Origin: an uncultured Candidatus Rokubacteria bacterium
Lineage (GTDB): Bacteria; Methylomirabilota; Methylomirabilia; Rokubacteriales; DASRDR01
Reading direction: 5' to 3'
Assembly: GCA_963826115.1 (NCBI GenBank)
Contig: CAWGVS010000005.1
Location: 1,600,001-1,664,000, forward strand
DNA: 64,000 bases
The notes beneath the pieces were generated by a model. That model was not told where the DNA came from and searched no databases. It saw only the letters and a list, made by a program, of their open reading frames with translations. Every line of letters begins with the position of its first letter. The first letter of the stretch is position 1. Shown in pieces: positions 28,854-39,292 of the stretch. A program made the translations under genes and the position numbers.

Positions 28854-31147
28854 AGGTAGCGGTATTTCCTCCGCAGCTTGAGACGGACCACCTCGGCAAC
28901 GGTGTTCAGCACGAACGTCAAGCAGAACAGCAGGAACGCGGCGAGGAAGAGAACGCGAAAGAGCGTGCCCTGTTCCGGAGCCTCGGGCAACTCCACCGCA
29001 ATGTTGGCGGACAGGGCCCGGAAGCCGTTGAAGATGCTCCAATCCATGACGGGCGTGTTGCCGGTGGCCATGAGCACGATCATCGTCTCGCCCACCGCCC
29101 GTCCAAAGCCGATCATGATGGCGGAGAAGATCCCCGGGCTGGCCGTCGGCAGCACGATGCGCACCGCCGTCTGCCACCGCGTGGCCCCGAGCGCCAGCGA
29201 GCCCGCGCGGAGGTGCCCCGGCACGTTGGCGAGAGAGTCCTCCGCGATCGTGAAGATGATGGGGATCACCGCGAAGCCCATCGCGATGCCTACCACCAGG
29301 GAATTGCGCTGATCGTAGGTCAGACCGAGGGCCGAGAGCAGCCAACCTCGGTAGTTGCCGCCGAGGAGGACGAGATCGATCCAGCCCCCCAGAGTGAACG
29401 CGAGCCAGAGGCCAGCCACGACCACGGGGATCAGCAGGAACACCTCGCTCCCGGCTCTGACCCGCGCGCGCACGCCGATCGGCAGGATCTGCCATCCGAG
29501 CATGGCCAGGACGATCACCACCGGGAGCACCAGGGGGATGAGGAAGAGCCCGGGTACGATCCGCTCGACCATCGGAGCGAGCCAGAGGCCGGCCAGGAAG
29601 CCCAGGACCACGCTGGGCAACGCCGCCATGATCTCGACGACCGGCTTGATGTAGGCCTTGAGGTTCGGGTGCATGAACTCGCTGACGTAGACGGCCGCGA
29701 GGAGCGCCAGCGGGACGGCGACGAGAAGAGCGTAGAACGTTCCCTTGAGCGTCCCGTAGATCAGCGGAGCCAGACTGAGCTTGGCCTCGAAGTCGTCGGT
29801 TCCGCCGGTCGATTGCCACACGTAGTCGGGCTTGGAATACCCCTCGTACCACACCTTGCCGAAGAGGGTCCGCCAGGTGACCTCCGGGTGGGGGTTGTCC
29901 AGCCGCCACTGCCCCACCGCGCCGCTCTCGTCGAAGGTCACGATCGCATCGGCCTTCGGCGCCATCACGATGCCGCGCAACGCCGCGCCCGCGGTCGTCC
30001 ACGACAGCAAGGTCTGGCCCGAGGTGCCGTAGTTGACGTGTACCTCGCCCGTGGCGTCGGTAGTCGTGAAGCTTTTCTCGCGTCTCGACGCGCTGATGTC
30101 GACCACCGCCCCCTTGTGGCGCTCGAACTCGTAGATGCGCGTCAGGCGCGGCGCGCCGCCCTCCGGAGGTGGAACGACTTGCCACGTCGAGACCGCGCCC
30201 GATTGGTCGCCGACGACGAGCGTCCGGTCGCCGATGAGGAAGCCGAGCGCCGTAACGGGGACACCGCGACCCCCTCCTACGTCCGCGACCTCGATCCTGG
30301 CCGGGTTCGCGGGATCGCGCATGTCATAGCGCACCACCTGGCCCTGGGAGGTCGCGACGAACAGGCTCTCGGCGCGGCCGTCCAACGCGAGCTTCGTGAC
30401 CTCGCCGTCGACGTCTACCCGAAAGGTCCGGCGAGATTCCTCGCGGGTGCTGGGTCCGACCAGGGCCTTCTTCGTGACGGTCGCGTGCACCACCAGCTCG
30501 GTGGGGCCCACCTGCGCGATCGAGATGGGCCCGGAGTCGGGGGTCGCGAAGGTGAGGGCCCGGATCGGCCGCCTGCTTTCCGGGTCGAGGGCCGAAGGGT
30601 CGCCGAAGGTGGGTTGGGGCGTCACGGTACGCCCGGAGGCCGGGAACTCGATCGTGAACTTCATCTCGAGGGGAATCGCGCGCCCGTCCGACGTGCCAAG
30701 GAGGTAGCGGGATGCCCCCGCAGCCGCGGTGGTCGAGATCTGCGCCCCATCCAGACCCGGGACAGAGACCGGGGGCAGAACGCGGCCGTCCCGGAGGCTC
30801 AGGAGTTGAAGCGCGCCACGCTGGTCGATGGCGTACACGATCTCGCGATACTCGTCGACTCCGAGACTCCCGCCGCTCGCCAGCCGCCATGGTGAGCTTG
30901 GGTCGGCCGCTGGATACGATCGGATCAACGTCGCCGTGGGCGCCTTGAACAGCGGATAGACCTCGACCGCGATGACGAACAAGATCGCGAGGATGGCGGC
31001 GATGATGATAAGGCCGCCGACCACGACCAGGCGCGAGGCCCATCGATCGGTGCGGATCCGGCGGCGGGTCCGACCCGCCGAAACGACCAGCGGGCGAGCC
31101 GGTGGTGCCGGCCCGCCCGCATCCAGCGTTTCGACGTTGACGGCCAT
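28850..31147 (-). CDS. pstC: Phosphate ABC permease PstC (long form with large beta-rich periplasmic domain)
   Basis: GKVWYEGY..P.YVWQS, KPVVEIMAALPSVV, GRAVGETM. Confidence 0.92.
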   Translation of the reverse strand: MAVNVETLDAGGPAPPARPLVVSAGRTRRRIRTDRWASRLVVVGGLIIIAAILAILFVIAVEVYPLFKAPTATLIRSYPAADPSSPWRLASGGSLGVDEYREIVYAIDQRGALQLLSLRDGRVLPPVSVPGLDGAQISTTAAAGASRYLLGTSDGRAIPLEMKFTIEFPASGRTVTPQPTFGDPSALDPESRRPIRALTFATPDSGPISIAQVGPTELVVHATVTKKALVGPSTREESRRTFRVDVDGEVTKLALDGRAESLFVATSQGQVVRYDMRDPANPARIEVADVGGGRGVPVTALGFLIGDRTLVVGDQSGAVSTWQVVPPPEGGAPRLTRIYEFERHKGAVVDISASRREKSFTTTDATGEVHVNYGTSGQTLLSWTTAGAALRGIVMAPKADAIVTFDESGAVGQWRLDNPHPEVTWRTLFGKVWYEGYSKPDYVWQSTGGTDDFEAKLSLAPLIYGTLKGTFYALLVAVPLALLAAVYVSEFMHPNLKAYIKPVVEIMAALPSVVLGFLAGLWLAPMVERIVPGLFLIPLVLPVVIVLAMLGWQILPIGVRARVRAGSEVFLLIPVVVAGLWLAFTLGGWIDLVLLGGNYRGWLLSALGLTYDQRNSLVVGIAMGFAVIPIIFTIAEDSLANVPGHLRAGSLALGATRWQTAVRIVLPTASPGIFSAIMIGFGRAVGETMIVLMATGNTPVMDWSIFNGFRALSANIAVELPEAPEQGTLFRVLFLAAFLLFCLTFVLNTVAEVVRLKLRRKYRYL

Positions 31148-32119
31148 CTACTGGATCTTGGCCAACTCTTCCTTGGCGACGTGGGCCGGAATCGGGAAGT
31201 AACCGTCCTTGACGACCCCCTCCTGGCCCTCCTTGGAGAGGATGAGCTTCGCAAATTCACGCGTGAGGGGATCCAGGGACTTTCCCGGCGCCTTGTTCAC
31301 GTAAACGTAGAGGAACCGAGCAAGCGGGTAGGCGCCACTATAGGCATTGTCCGCCGTGGCCTCCTCGCACTGGCCGCCGGCCTTCTCGGCGATCGGCACG
31401 GCACGGACGCCAGCGGTCGCGTACCCGATCCCGCTATAGCCCGCGGCGAAGCGGTCCACGGTCACACCCTGGACAACCGCGGCAGATCCGGGCTGCTCCT
31501 TGACCTCGTCCTTGTAGTCGCCGTTCTTCAAAACGTGCTCCTTGAAGAATCCGTACGTCCCGGAGGCCGAGTTGCGTCCGTAGAGGCTGATGGGCCGGCT
31601 GGCCCACTCACCGGTCAACCCAAGCTGTCCCCAGGTCTTGACGTCCTCCTGGTGACCGCCACGGCGACTCTTCGAGAACACCGCGTCCACCTGGGCCATG
31701 GTCATGCACTTGACCGGGTTGTCCTTGTTCACGAACACGGCAAGCGCGTCGACCGAGGTGCGGATCGGGGTCGGCTTGTAGCCGTACTTCTTCTCGAACT
31801 GATCGATTTCGGTGCCCTTCATCGCCCGGGACATGGGGCCGAGCTGGGCCGTACCCGCTATCAGGGCCGGCGGCGCCGTCGAGGAGCCCTTGCCCTCGAT
31901 CTGGATCTTGGCGTTCGGGTAGAACTTGTTGAACTGCTCGGCCCAGAGCGTCATGAGGTTGTTGAGCGTGTCGGACCCGACGCTCGACACGTTACCGCTG
32001 ACGCCGCTGACCGTCTTGTAGTGAACCAGCGCGGGGTCAACCTGCACCTGGGCCGTTACGACGCCGGCCATCAGGGTGGCCGCCACGGCCGCGGCCGCCG
32101 CGATCGTTCGGATGCTCAT
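31148..32119 (-). CDS. pstS: Phosphate-binding periplasmic protein
   Basis: [25 protein letters not shown]; GGAGGAGG RBS. Confidence 0.95.
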   Translation of the reverse strand: MSIRTIAAAAAVAATLMAGVVTAQVQVDPALVHYKTVSGVSGNVSSVGSDTLNNLMTLWAEQFNKFYPNAKIQIEGKGSSTAPPALIAGTAQLGPMSRAMKGTEIDQFEKKYGYKPTPIRTSVDALAVFVNKDNPVKCMTMAQVDAVFSKSRRGGHQEDVKTWGQLGLTGEWASRPISLYGRNSASGTYGFFKEHVLKNGDYKDEVKEQPGSAAVVQGVTVDRFAAGYSGIGYATAGVRAVPIAEKAGGQCEEATADNAYSGAYPLARFLYVYVNKAPGKSLDPLTREFAKLILSKEGQEGVVKDGYFPIPAHVAKEELAKIQ

Positions 32120-32161
32120 GCGGATTTCCTCCTCCATCCCACTCCAGGGTTGACGATGGAC

Positions 32162-32200
32162 GTGTCGTTCACGTTGCGTGGCCGTTACGACTGGGTTACG
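32162..32200 (-). promoter_or_regulatory. Pho-box-like direct repeats upstream of pstS
   Basis: Minus strand cgtaac-N5-cgtaac-N5-cgcaac-N5-cgacac, exact 11-bp period. Confidence 0.75.
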
Positions 32201-32948
32201 GGGCCGGTCGGCCGGACTCCCGGTAGCGGTACCCGACTCCCCGCACGGTCTCGATCGCGGGCTCGGGAAGGCGCGCCGTCACGAACTTGGCCCTGAGGCG
32301 CGCCAGGTGGACGTCCACGGTCCGCGGCTCGACGAAGCCGTCCCGGCCCCACACCAGGTCCAGCAGCTCGTCTCGCCCGTACACGCGCCCCGGCTCGCCG
32401 GCCAGCGTCGCCAGGAGCTCGAACTCCTTGGGCGTCAAGCTCACGGGCCGGCCACCCACGGTGACCTCGAAGCGCTGGCGGTCGATCAGGAGATCGCCCA
32501 CCTTGATCCGGTTCCGCTTCTCCTCGGACTCCACCGGCCGGGCCCGCCGGACCACGGCCCGGACCCGGGCCACCAGCTCCCGGGTGGAGAAGGGCTTGGT
32601 GACGTAGTCGTCCGCGCCGACCTCGAAACCCAGGACCTTGTCGCCTTCCTCGGCCCGGGCGGTGACCATGATGACGGGCAGGCTGCGCGTGGCCGGGTCC
32701 TGCTTGAGCCGCCGGCAGAGCTCCCAGCCGTTCACCTGCGGGAGCATGAGGTCGAGGAGCACCAGGTCCGGCCGGCTGTCTTGGGCCTGGCGCAGCGCGT
32801 CGGCACCGTTCGTCGCCACGACCACCTCGAATCCTTCCCGCGCCAGCGTGTAGCGGATCAGCTCGGCGACGTCTCGCTCGTCCTCCGCGACGAGAATCCG
32901 CGCGGTGGGCCGCCGGGCGATGGCGTCACCCGACCGCCGCGCCGTCAT
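32196..32948 (-). CDS. phoB: Second PhoB/OmpR-family response regulator
   Basis: [42 protein letters not shown]; directly upstream of pstS; start uncertain. Confidence 0.85.
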   Translation of the reverse strand: MTARRSGDAIARRPTARILVAEDERDVAELIRYTLAREGFEVVVATNGADALRQAQDSRPDLVLLDLMLPQVNGWELCRRLKQDPATRSLPVIMVTARAEEGDKVLGFEVGADDYVTKPFSTRELVARVRAVVRRARPVESEEKRNRIKVGDLLIDRQRFEVTVGGRPVSLTPKEFELLATLAGEPGRVYGRDELLDLVWGRDGFVEPRTVDVHLARLRAKFVTARLPEPAIETVRGVGYRYRESGRPAP

Positions 32949-32958
32949 CTCGCTCGCG

Positions 32959-33330
32959 TCACCGGTGGTCCGCATCCGGGTGTGAGTCTCGCGCCTCGGC
33001 GTTGCGCCCGGATGACGGCGAGGTAAAATCTGAGTGACCTCGTCCACGGGCGAGACCCGGCGGGATCCGCGATCGACGCCGGGTGGAAGTCCCGCGGCTC
33101 GGGACCCCGCGGCGAGGCCACCGGACCCGGATCGACACGTGGTCCACCCGAAGCGTCCGGCTGACCGCGATCTCGAACTCCACGGACTCGGACACCTGGA
33201 GGGAGACGGACTCGTGTCCCGTCAGCGCGGCGAACTCTCCGGCCATGAGACCCTGGGCCAGCTGTGTCAGGTAGAAGGCCGCGGCGTCCCGGCGGGCCCG
33301 TCCCCGGAAGCGCGAGGGGATCGTCTGCAC
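32959..33330 (-). CDS. Amphi-Trp domain protein
   Basis: RDAAAFYLTQLAQGL..G...VSL...VEFEI...SIRVRW pattern. Confidence 0.6.
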   Translation of the reverse strand: MQTIPSRFRGRARRDAAAFYLTQLAQGLMAGEFAALTGHESVSLQVSESVEFEIAVSRTLRVDHVSIRVRWPRRGVPSRGTSTRRRSRIPPGLARGRGHSDFTSPSSGRNAEARDSHPDADHR

Positions 33331-33352
33331 GAAGGCACCATGGGGTCCCCGT

Positions 33353-33431
33353 GTTGCGCGGCGATTACGCGATCCGAAAGATTCCGCAACGGTGTACGAA
33401 CCGGTGGATATCCGCGTAATCAAAACGTAAT
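33353..33431. promoter_or_regulatory. Divergent Pho-box-like repeats between amphi-Trp/phoB and ppx-ppk
   Basis: Plus strand cgtaat-N5-cgtaat (33415, 33426); minus strand cgtaat-N5-cgcaac (33369-33353). Confidence 0.6.
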
Positions 33432-33523
33432 GGCAGGCCGGCCTCCGATCGCCTTACCCTCGGGCGGTATTCCCCCCGGGGAGCGGTTGTCCCGGCGACA
33501 GCAGCCGGGTAGCATCGGAGCCC

Positions 33524-34445
33524 GTGGCCAATGACATCGTCGCCCTCGTGGAGCTCGGTTCCAATGCGGTCCGTCTCCTCCTCGCCCGCCTGGGGCCCGG
33601 CATAGGCTTCGAGGTGCTCGAGGAAAAGCGGGTCCAGACGCGGCTCGGCAGCGGCACGCCCGGCGTGCTGAGGACCGACTCGATCACGCGGACGCTCGCA
33701 GGCCGTCCACCAGTTCCTCGCGCGGGCTCGGCGCGGCCGGGATCCCCGGATCATCGCGGTGGCGACCGCGGCCGTCCGGGACGCGTCCAACCGGGAGCGG
33801 CTCCTGGGGCCGCTCCGGCGCAAGGACGGGGTCGAGGTCCGGATCCTGAGCGGCCGGGAGGAGGCGCTCCTCGGGGCGCTCGCGGTCCAGTCGAGCCTGC
33901 ACCTGGAGGACGGTCTGGTGGCCGATCTGGGCGGCGGGAGCCTCCAGCTGACGCGGCTGCGTGACGGGCACGTCGCCTCGACGTCCGCCGTGCCGATCGG
34001 CGCCGTGCGGATGACCCAGCGCTTCCTGCGCGCGGATCCTCCCGTGCCGCGCGAGCTGCGCGACCTCCGGGTCGAGGTGCGCGGTCGGCTGGCCAGATCG
34101 CTCCCGTCGGCCGAGCGGGGCGAGGAAATCGTGGCCCTCGGCGGCACCGTGCGCGCGCTGGGTCGCATCCACCTCGCGGCCCGGGGCGAGGAGCACCGGT
34201 CCCGCCACGGCCTGCGCCTCCAGCAGACCGACGTCACGCGCATCCGGGTGCGGCTCGAGTCGCTGCCGATCCGGAAGCGCCGCGAGGTTCCGGGCCTCCG
34301 GGCCGAGCGCGCGGACATCATCGTCGCCGGCGCGATCGTGATCGAGGAGCTCATGACGTTCGGCGGTTACCACGGCTTGACGATCTGCAAGCAGGGCGTG
34401 CGCGACGCGCTCCTGCTCCGCGAGACCTTCGCCGAAGAGGGCTAG
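33524..34445 (+). CDS. ppx: Exopolyphosphatase Ppx/GppA, single frameshift near 33700
   Basis: ELGSNAVRL in the first frame; ATAAVRDA, SGREEA, DLGGGSLQ, GGT, RADII, GVRD in the second frame. Confidence 0.88.
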
Positions 34446-34448
34446 AGC

Positions 34449-36506
34449 ATGTCGGACCGGATGATCAACCGCGAGCTCTCCTGGCTCGAGTTCAACCGGC
34501 GGGTGCTGGAGGAGGCGCAGGATCCGACGATGCCGCTCCTCGAGCGGGTCAAGTTCCTGTCGATCTTCAGCTCCAACCTCGACGAGTTCTTCATGGTGCG
34601 CGTGGCAGACCTGAAGCAGCGCATCTGGGCCGGAGACCACGGCACCGAGCCGGACGGGCTGTCGCCGACCCAGACGCTGACGGCCGTCGCCGAGCGCGTG
34701 CACGCTCTCGTTCAGGAGCAGCACCGGTGCTTCCTCGAGGACGTTCAGCCGCTGCTCGTCGCCGAGGGGATCCGGATCGTTCGACCCAAGGAGATCACGC
34801 CCGAGCAGGCAAAGGTGCTGGAGGAGTACTTCCACCGGACGCTCCTCCCGGTGGTGACACCGCTCGCCATCGACCCCGGCCACCCCTTCCCCCACCTCGT
34901 GAACCGCGCCCTTTGCCTGATCATCTCGCTCCGGCCCACCGAGCCGTCGGTCCTCCCGAGCACGGCCCTGGCGGTGATCCACATCCCGGCCCAGGTGATC
35001 CCGCGCTTCATCCGGCTGCCGGGGGCGCCGGGCGAGTACAACTTCATGCTCCTCGAGGACGTGATCCGGCTGAACCTGTCGCGGCTCTACAACGGGTACG
35101 AGATCCTCTCGTCGCACGCGATCCGCGTCACCCGGGACGCCGACGTCCAGCCCCAGGCCGGCCGGACGGCCGGCGACCTCCTGAAGCAGATCGAGCAGAG
35201 CCTGCGCGAGCGGCGGATGGGCGACGCCGTCCGCCTCCAGTACGATCCCGACCTCCCGCCCGAGGTGCTGGCCCGCCTGGTCGAAGAGCTGGAGCTCGAG
35301 CCCGGGGACCTCTATCCCGGCGAGGGGTTCACCGCGTTCACCGACCTCGGGCAGCTCTACTCCGCCGTGGACCTGCCGCGCCTCAAGGACCGGCCGCTCG
35401 TGCCGCATCCCGTGCCGGCCTTCGAGGGCGCGGCCGACGTCTGGAGCGCGATCCGCGAGGGCGACATTCTCGTCCACCACCCGTACCAGCCGTTCGACGT
35501 GGTGACGCGCTTCGTCCAGGAGGCGGCCACCGACCCCCGGGTGCTCGCGATCAACATGACGCTGTACCGCGTCAGCCCGACCTCGCCGATCGCCAAGGCG
35601 CTGACCATCGCGGCGCAGGCCGGCAAGGAGGTGGCGGTCCTGGTGGAGCTGCGCGCCCGGTTCGACGAGGAAGCGAACATCCGCTGGGCGCAGGCGCTGG
35701 AGGAGGTCGGAGCCCACGTCGTGTACGGGCTCATCGGCTACAAAACCCACTGCAAGGCGTGCCTGATCGTGCGCCAGGACCCGGACGGCATCCGCCGCTA
35801 CTGTCACCTGGCGACGGGCAACTACAACGTGCGGACCGGCGGGATCTACTCGGACCTCGGCCTCTTCACCTGTCGCGAGGAGTTCGGCGAGGACCTCACC
35901 GAGATCTTCAACCTGCTGACCGGGTACACGCGGCCGGTGCGCTTCAACCACCTGCTCGTCGCGCCGACCGGCCTCCGGGACGCGATCACGAAGAAGATCC
36001 GGCGCGAGGCCGCGCACGCGCGCGCGGGCCGTCCCGCCCGCATCGTGGCCAAGGTCAACAGCCTGGTGGACTGGCCGATCATCCAGGAGCTCTACGACGC
36101 CAGCCAGGCTGGCGTCGAGATCGATCTCCTCGTGCGCGGAACGTGCTGCCTCCGGCCCGGCGTGCCCGGCATGTCGGAGCGCATCCGTGTCGTGTCGATC
36201 GTCGACCGGTTCCTCGAGCACGCCCGCGTGTACTGCTTCGAGAACGGTGGCGCTCCCGAGTACTATCTCGCCTCCGCCGACTGGATGCCCCGGAACCTGG
36301 ACCACCGCGTCGAGATCGCGTTCCCGATCCTGGACCCCCGGCTGCAGGCGGAGGTTCGGGAGGTCCTGGAGCTGCAGCTCCGCGACACCTCCAAGGCCCG
36401 GCTGCTCCAGGCGGACGGAACGTGCGTGCGCGCACGGCCCGCGGGCGGCCCGCCCGTGCGGTCCCAGGAGCGGATCTACGAGCTGATCGGCGCGCGGCGC
36501 GACTGA
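34449..36506 (+). CDS. ppk1: Polyphosphate kinase 1
   Basis: NRELSWLEFNRRVL, SNLDEFFMVRV, HHPY, ELRARFDE, KTHCK, TGNYN, RFLEH, SADWM.RN. Confidence 0.97.
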   Translation: MSDRMINRELSWLEFNRRVLEEAQDPTMPLLERVKFLSIFSSNLDEFFMVRVADLKQRIWAGDHGTEPDGLSPTQTLTAVAERVHALVQEQHRCFLEDVQPLLVAEGIRIVRPKEITPEQAKVLEEYFHRTLLPVVTPLAIDPGHPFPHLVNRALCLIISLRPTEPSVLPSTALAVIHIPAQVIPRFIRLPGAPGEYNFMLLEDVIRLNLSRLYNGYEILSSHAIRVTRDADVQPQAGRTAGDLLKQIEQSLRERRMGDAVRLQYDPDLPPEVLARLVEELELEPGDLYPGEGFTAFTDLGQLYSAVDLPRLKDRPLVPHPVPAFEGAADVWSAIREGDILVHHPYQPFDVVTRFVQEAATDPRVLAINMTLYRVSPTSPIAKALTIAAQAGKEVAVLVELRARFDEEANIRWAQALEEVGAHVVYGLIGYKTHCKACLIVRQDPDGIRRYCHLATGNYNVRTGGIYSDLGLFTCREEFGEDLTEIFNLLTGYTRPVRFNHLLVAPTGLRDAITKKIRREAAHARAGRPARIVAKVNSLVDWPIIQELYDASQAGVEIDLLVRGTCCLRPGVPGMSERIRVVSIVDRFLEHARVYCFENGGAPEYYLASADWMPRNLDHRVEIAFPILDPRLQAEVREVLELQLRDTSKARLLQADGTCVRARPAGGPPVRSQERIYELIGARRD

Positions 36507-36540
36507 CGCGCCCGCGCCCGGTTCCTGCCCGGGCTCGGGG

Positions 36541-36573
36541 CGTCATCGAGATGTAACACTCGCCGGCTACCCT
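36541..36573 (+). promoter_or_regulatory. Pho-box-like promoter
   Basis: cgtcat-N5-tgtaac, then a 10-nt spacer to a TACCCT -10-like hexamer. Confidence 0.6.
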
Positions 36574-36579
36574 CGGGAC

Positions 36580-36798
36580 GTGGCCGGGCTCCCCGCAGTC
36601 CTCCGCGACCTCGGGCTCTACGCGCTGGTGGTCCTGGCATTCCTGGGACCGATCGAGGCGTTCCTGCGCTTTCGCCTCCGGCAAGCGACGCATCGGGGCG
36701 ACCCGCACGCCTACCTCGCGCTGGCGGATCCGTGGGTGACCGTGGTCGTCGCGCTCGCGGGCACCGCCGCCGCCGCCCTCGTCACCGCCCTTTCCTGA
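36580..36798 (+). CDS. Small two-TM membrane protein (72 aa)
   Basis: Two hydrophobic helices; follows a Pho-box-like promoter. Confidence 0.55.
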   Translation: MAGLPAVLRDLGLYALVVLAFLGPIEAFLRFRLRQATHRGDPHAYLALADPWVTVVVALAGTAAAALVTALS

Positions 36799-36848
36799 TC
36801 CGCCGCCCGCCCGACCGTCACGCCCGCGCATTCCAGCGGTAGCCGACA

Positions 36849-36892
36849 TGTGACGACCTCGTCACGACCCCTCAACGCACCCCCGTTACGGT
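36849..36892 (+). promoter_or_regulatory. Pho-box-like promoter
   Basis: tgtgac-N5-cgtcac-N5-ctcaac, then a 10-nt spacer to TACGGT. Confidence 0.55.
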
Positions 36893-36973
36893 GCGGACAG
36901 ACGCAGTCCTCGTCCGCGAGAGGACCGCCGACGCCAGAACCGTGCGAGGGCCCGAGACGGGCAGGAGGACGGC

Positions 36974-37749
36974 GTGAGCGAAGCGACGGTCGTGACGGAG
37001 TTCCGCTGGATCGAGGCGGGCGACGGGATCCCGGTCCTGTGCCTTCACGGGCTCTTCGGCGCGAGTGACCACTGGGAGCGCCTCGTCGACGAGCTCTCCC
37101 CCGCTGCCGCGCCATGGCGCTGACCCTGCCCATCTTCGAGACCCCGCCGGACGACCTCTCGGTGACGGGGCTCCGCGCCCACGTGGAGGCGTTCATGGAG
37201 GCCGAGCGCGTGCCTCCGGCGATCGTGGTCGGCAACTCGCTGGGCGGGCACGTCGCGCTCGACCTCGCGCTCCACGCGCCGGAGCGCGTGCGGGGTCTCG
37301 TCCTGTCGGGATCCTCCGGGCTCTTCGAGCGGAGCTTCACGCGCGGGGTCCCGCACCGCCCCTCCGCGACGTTCGTGCGCGAGAAGATGACCGAGGTGTT
37401 CCATGACCCGGCCATGGTCACCCCCGAGTGGGTCGAGGAGATCCGCGAGCTCGTGAGCCAGCGAAGCTACGTCCTGCGGGTCCTTCAGGTGAGCCGCTCG
37501 GCCAGGCGCTACAACCTGGAGGACCGGCTCGGCGAGATCCGGTGCCCGACGCTCCTCGTGTGGGGCACGGAAGACCGCGTGACGCCGCGGGACGTCGCCA
37601 TCCGGTTCCTCGACGGCATCCCCTCCGCCACGATCCGGCTCGTGCCCGAGTGCGGCCACGCGCCGATGCTCGAGCAGCCGGAGGCCTTCGCCCGCGCGGT
37701 CGACGAGTTCCTCGACCTGTTCGAGGCGGAGGCCGTCGCGGCGCCGTGA
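36974..37749 (+). CDS. Alpha/beta-fold serine hydrolase, frameshift in the C-run near 37100
   Basis: AGGAGG RBS; VSEAT...CLHGLFG in one frame; GNSLGG, WG.ED.VTP, CGHAPM in the next. Confidence 0.85.
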
Positions 37750-39284
37750 GCCTGCTGGCGCGGCTCGATCGCCCGGTCGCCTGGCTGGCCGATCGGCGGC
37801 TCCGCCAGATGGAGGCCGTCTGGCGGGCTCCTCTGCCGGTCCAGGAGCAGACGCTCGAGACCATGGTCCAGCGCGCGCGCGACACCCTGTGGGGCCGCCG
37901 GCACGGGTTCCGCGACATCCGCGGCGTCGCCGACTACCAGCGACGCGTCCCGATCAGCACCTACCTGGACATCCGGCGCCTGATCGAGCGGGCGATCGGT
38001 GGCCAGCGGAACGTTCTCTGGCCGGGACGACCTGCCCACTACTGCAAGACGTCGGGCACCACGGCGGGCGACAAGTTCATCCCGGTCACCCGCGAGGCGT
38101 TCCGGATGCACCGGCGCGGCGGGCTCGACGCGCTCCTCCTCGCGCTCCGCCGCGTGGGGCGCGCGGAGGCCCTGGACGGGCCGCTGCTGTTCCTCGGAGG
38201 CAGCACCCGGACGGAGCCGCTCGGGAATCACGCCGAGGTCGGAGACCTGTCCGGCCTGGCGGCGCGGCGGCTCCCCCCGTGGATCCGGCGCCGGTACGCG
38301 CCGGGACCGGAGATCGCCGCGATTCCCGACTGGGAGGAGCGCCTGGCGGCCACCGCGCGCCGCGCGCTCCGCCAGGACCTGCGCCTGATCTCCGGCATGC
38401 CGTCCTGGATGCTGGTCTTCTTCGAGCGCGTCCGGGAGCTGGCGGAGGCGCCGAAGCTCCGGCTCGGGGACCTGTGGCCGAACCTCTCCGTCTTCATCCA
38501 CGGCGGCGTGCGGATGGATCCGTACCGGAGAGTCCTCGACGCGGCCCTCGGGCGTCCCCTGCACTACCTCGAGGTGTACCCGGCGTCCGAGGGCTTCGTG
38601 GGAATCCAGGTCGGCGCGGACGACCCCGGCCTCACGCTCATGCTCGACTACGGCATCTTCTACGAGTTCGTGCCCGTGGCCGAGCTCGACGCTCCCAACC
38701 CCCGGCGCCTGACCATCGCCCAGGTTCGAGTGGGCGACCCCTACGCGATCCTCCTCACGACGCCGGCGGGTCTCTGGAGCTACCTCCTCGGCGACACCGT
38801 CCGCTTCGTCTCGCTGGACCCGCCCCAGCTCGTGATCACGGGCCGAACGGGCCACTTCGTCAACGCGTTCGGCGAGAACGTGATCGTCGAGGAGGTCGAG
38901 CGGGCCGCGGCGCGGGCCTGCGTCCTCACCCGCGCCGAGCTGGTCGAGTTCACGGTGGCGCCGGTCTACCCGAACGGCCACGCCCAGCCTGCCCGGCACG
39001 AGTGGGCCGTCGAGTTCCGGGCCTTTCCCTCGAGCCTCGACGGCTTCGCCCATGCGGTGGACGACGAGCTCCAGACGCTCAACACGGACTACCGCACGAA
39101 GCGGACCGGCAACGTCGGCATGGCCGCACCTCGCGTGACCCCCGTGGCGTCGGGCACCTTCCATCGATGGCTCGCCAACCGGGACAAGCTCGGTGACCAG
39201 CACAAGGTCCCGCGAGCGAGCAACCAGCGCGACGTGATCGAGGCCGTGCTGGCGGCGGGCGCCGTGGAGCGCGCTGCCGGCTGA
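37746..39284 (+). CDS. GH3 (auxin-responsive-like) acyl-adenylate/amido synthetase family protein
   Basis: KTSGTT..DKFIP, YPASEGF, FYEFVP, GLWSY..GD, GRT, GDQHKVPR. Confidence 0.88.
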   Translation: MSLLARLDRPVAWLADRRLRQMEAVWRAPLPVQEQTLETMVQRARDTLWGRRHGFRDIRGVADYQRRVPISTYLDIRRLIERAIGGQRNVLWPGRPAHYCKTSGTTAGDKFIPVTREAFRMHRRGGLDALLLALRRVGRAEALDGPLLFLGGSTRTEPLGNHAEVGDLSGLAARRLPPWIRRRYAPGPEIAAIPDWEERLAATARRALRQDLRLISGMPSWMLVFFERVRELAEAPKLRLGDLWPNLSVFIHGGVRMDPYRRVLDAALGRPLHYLEVYPASEGFVGIQVGADDPGLTLMLDYGIFYEFVPVAELDAPNPRRLTIAQVRVGDPYAILLTTPAGLWSYLLGDTVRFVSLDPPQLVITGRTGHFVNAFGENVIVEEVERAAARACVLTRAELVEFTVAPVYPNGHAQPARHEWAVEFRAFPSSLDGFAHAVDDELQTLNTDYRTKRTGNVGMAAPRVTPVASGTFHRWLANRDKLGDQHKVPRASNQRDVIEAVLAAGAVERAAG

Positions 39285-39292
39285 CGCGCCCC

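Noticed and set aside
27252-32119. Slightly more A/T-ending codons in the pst genes (also phoX) as evidence of horizontal transfer
   Set aside because: Only a visual impression, with no mobility genes or boundary repeats; needs a codon-usage calculation
33684-36305. 873-aa minus-strand ORF and the many other long antisense or alternative-frame ORFs (e.g. 9053-11173, 18647-21067, 45247-47658, 50732-53632)
   Set aside because: Shadow ORFs of high-GC genes; they overlap motif-bearing genes and have no recognisable domains
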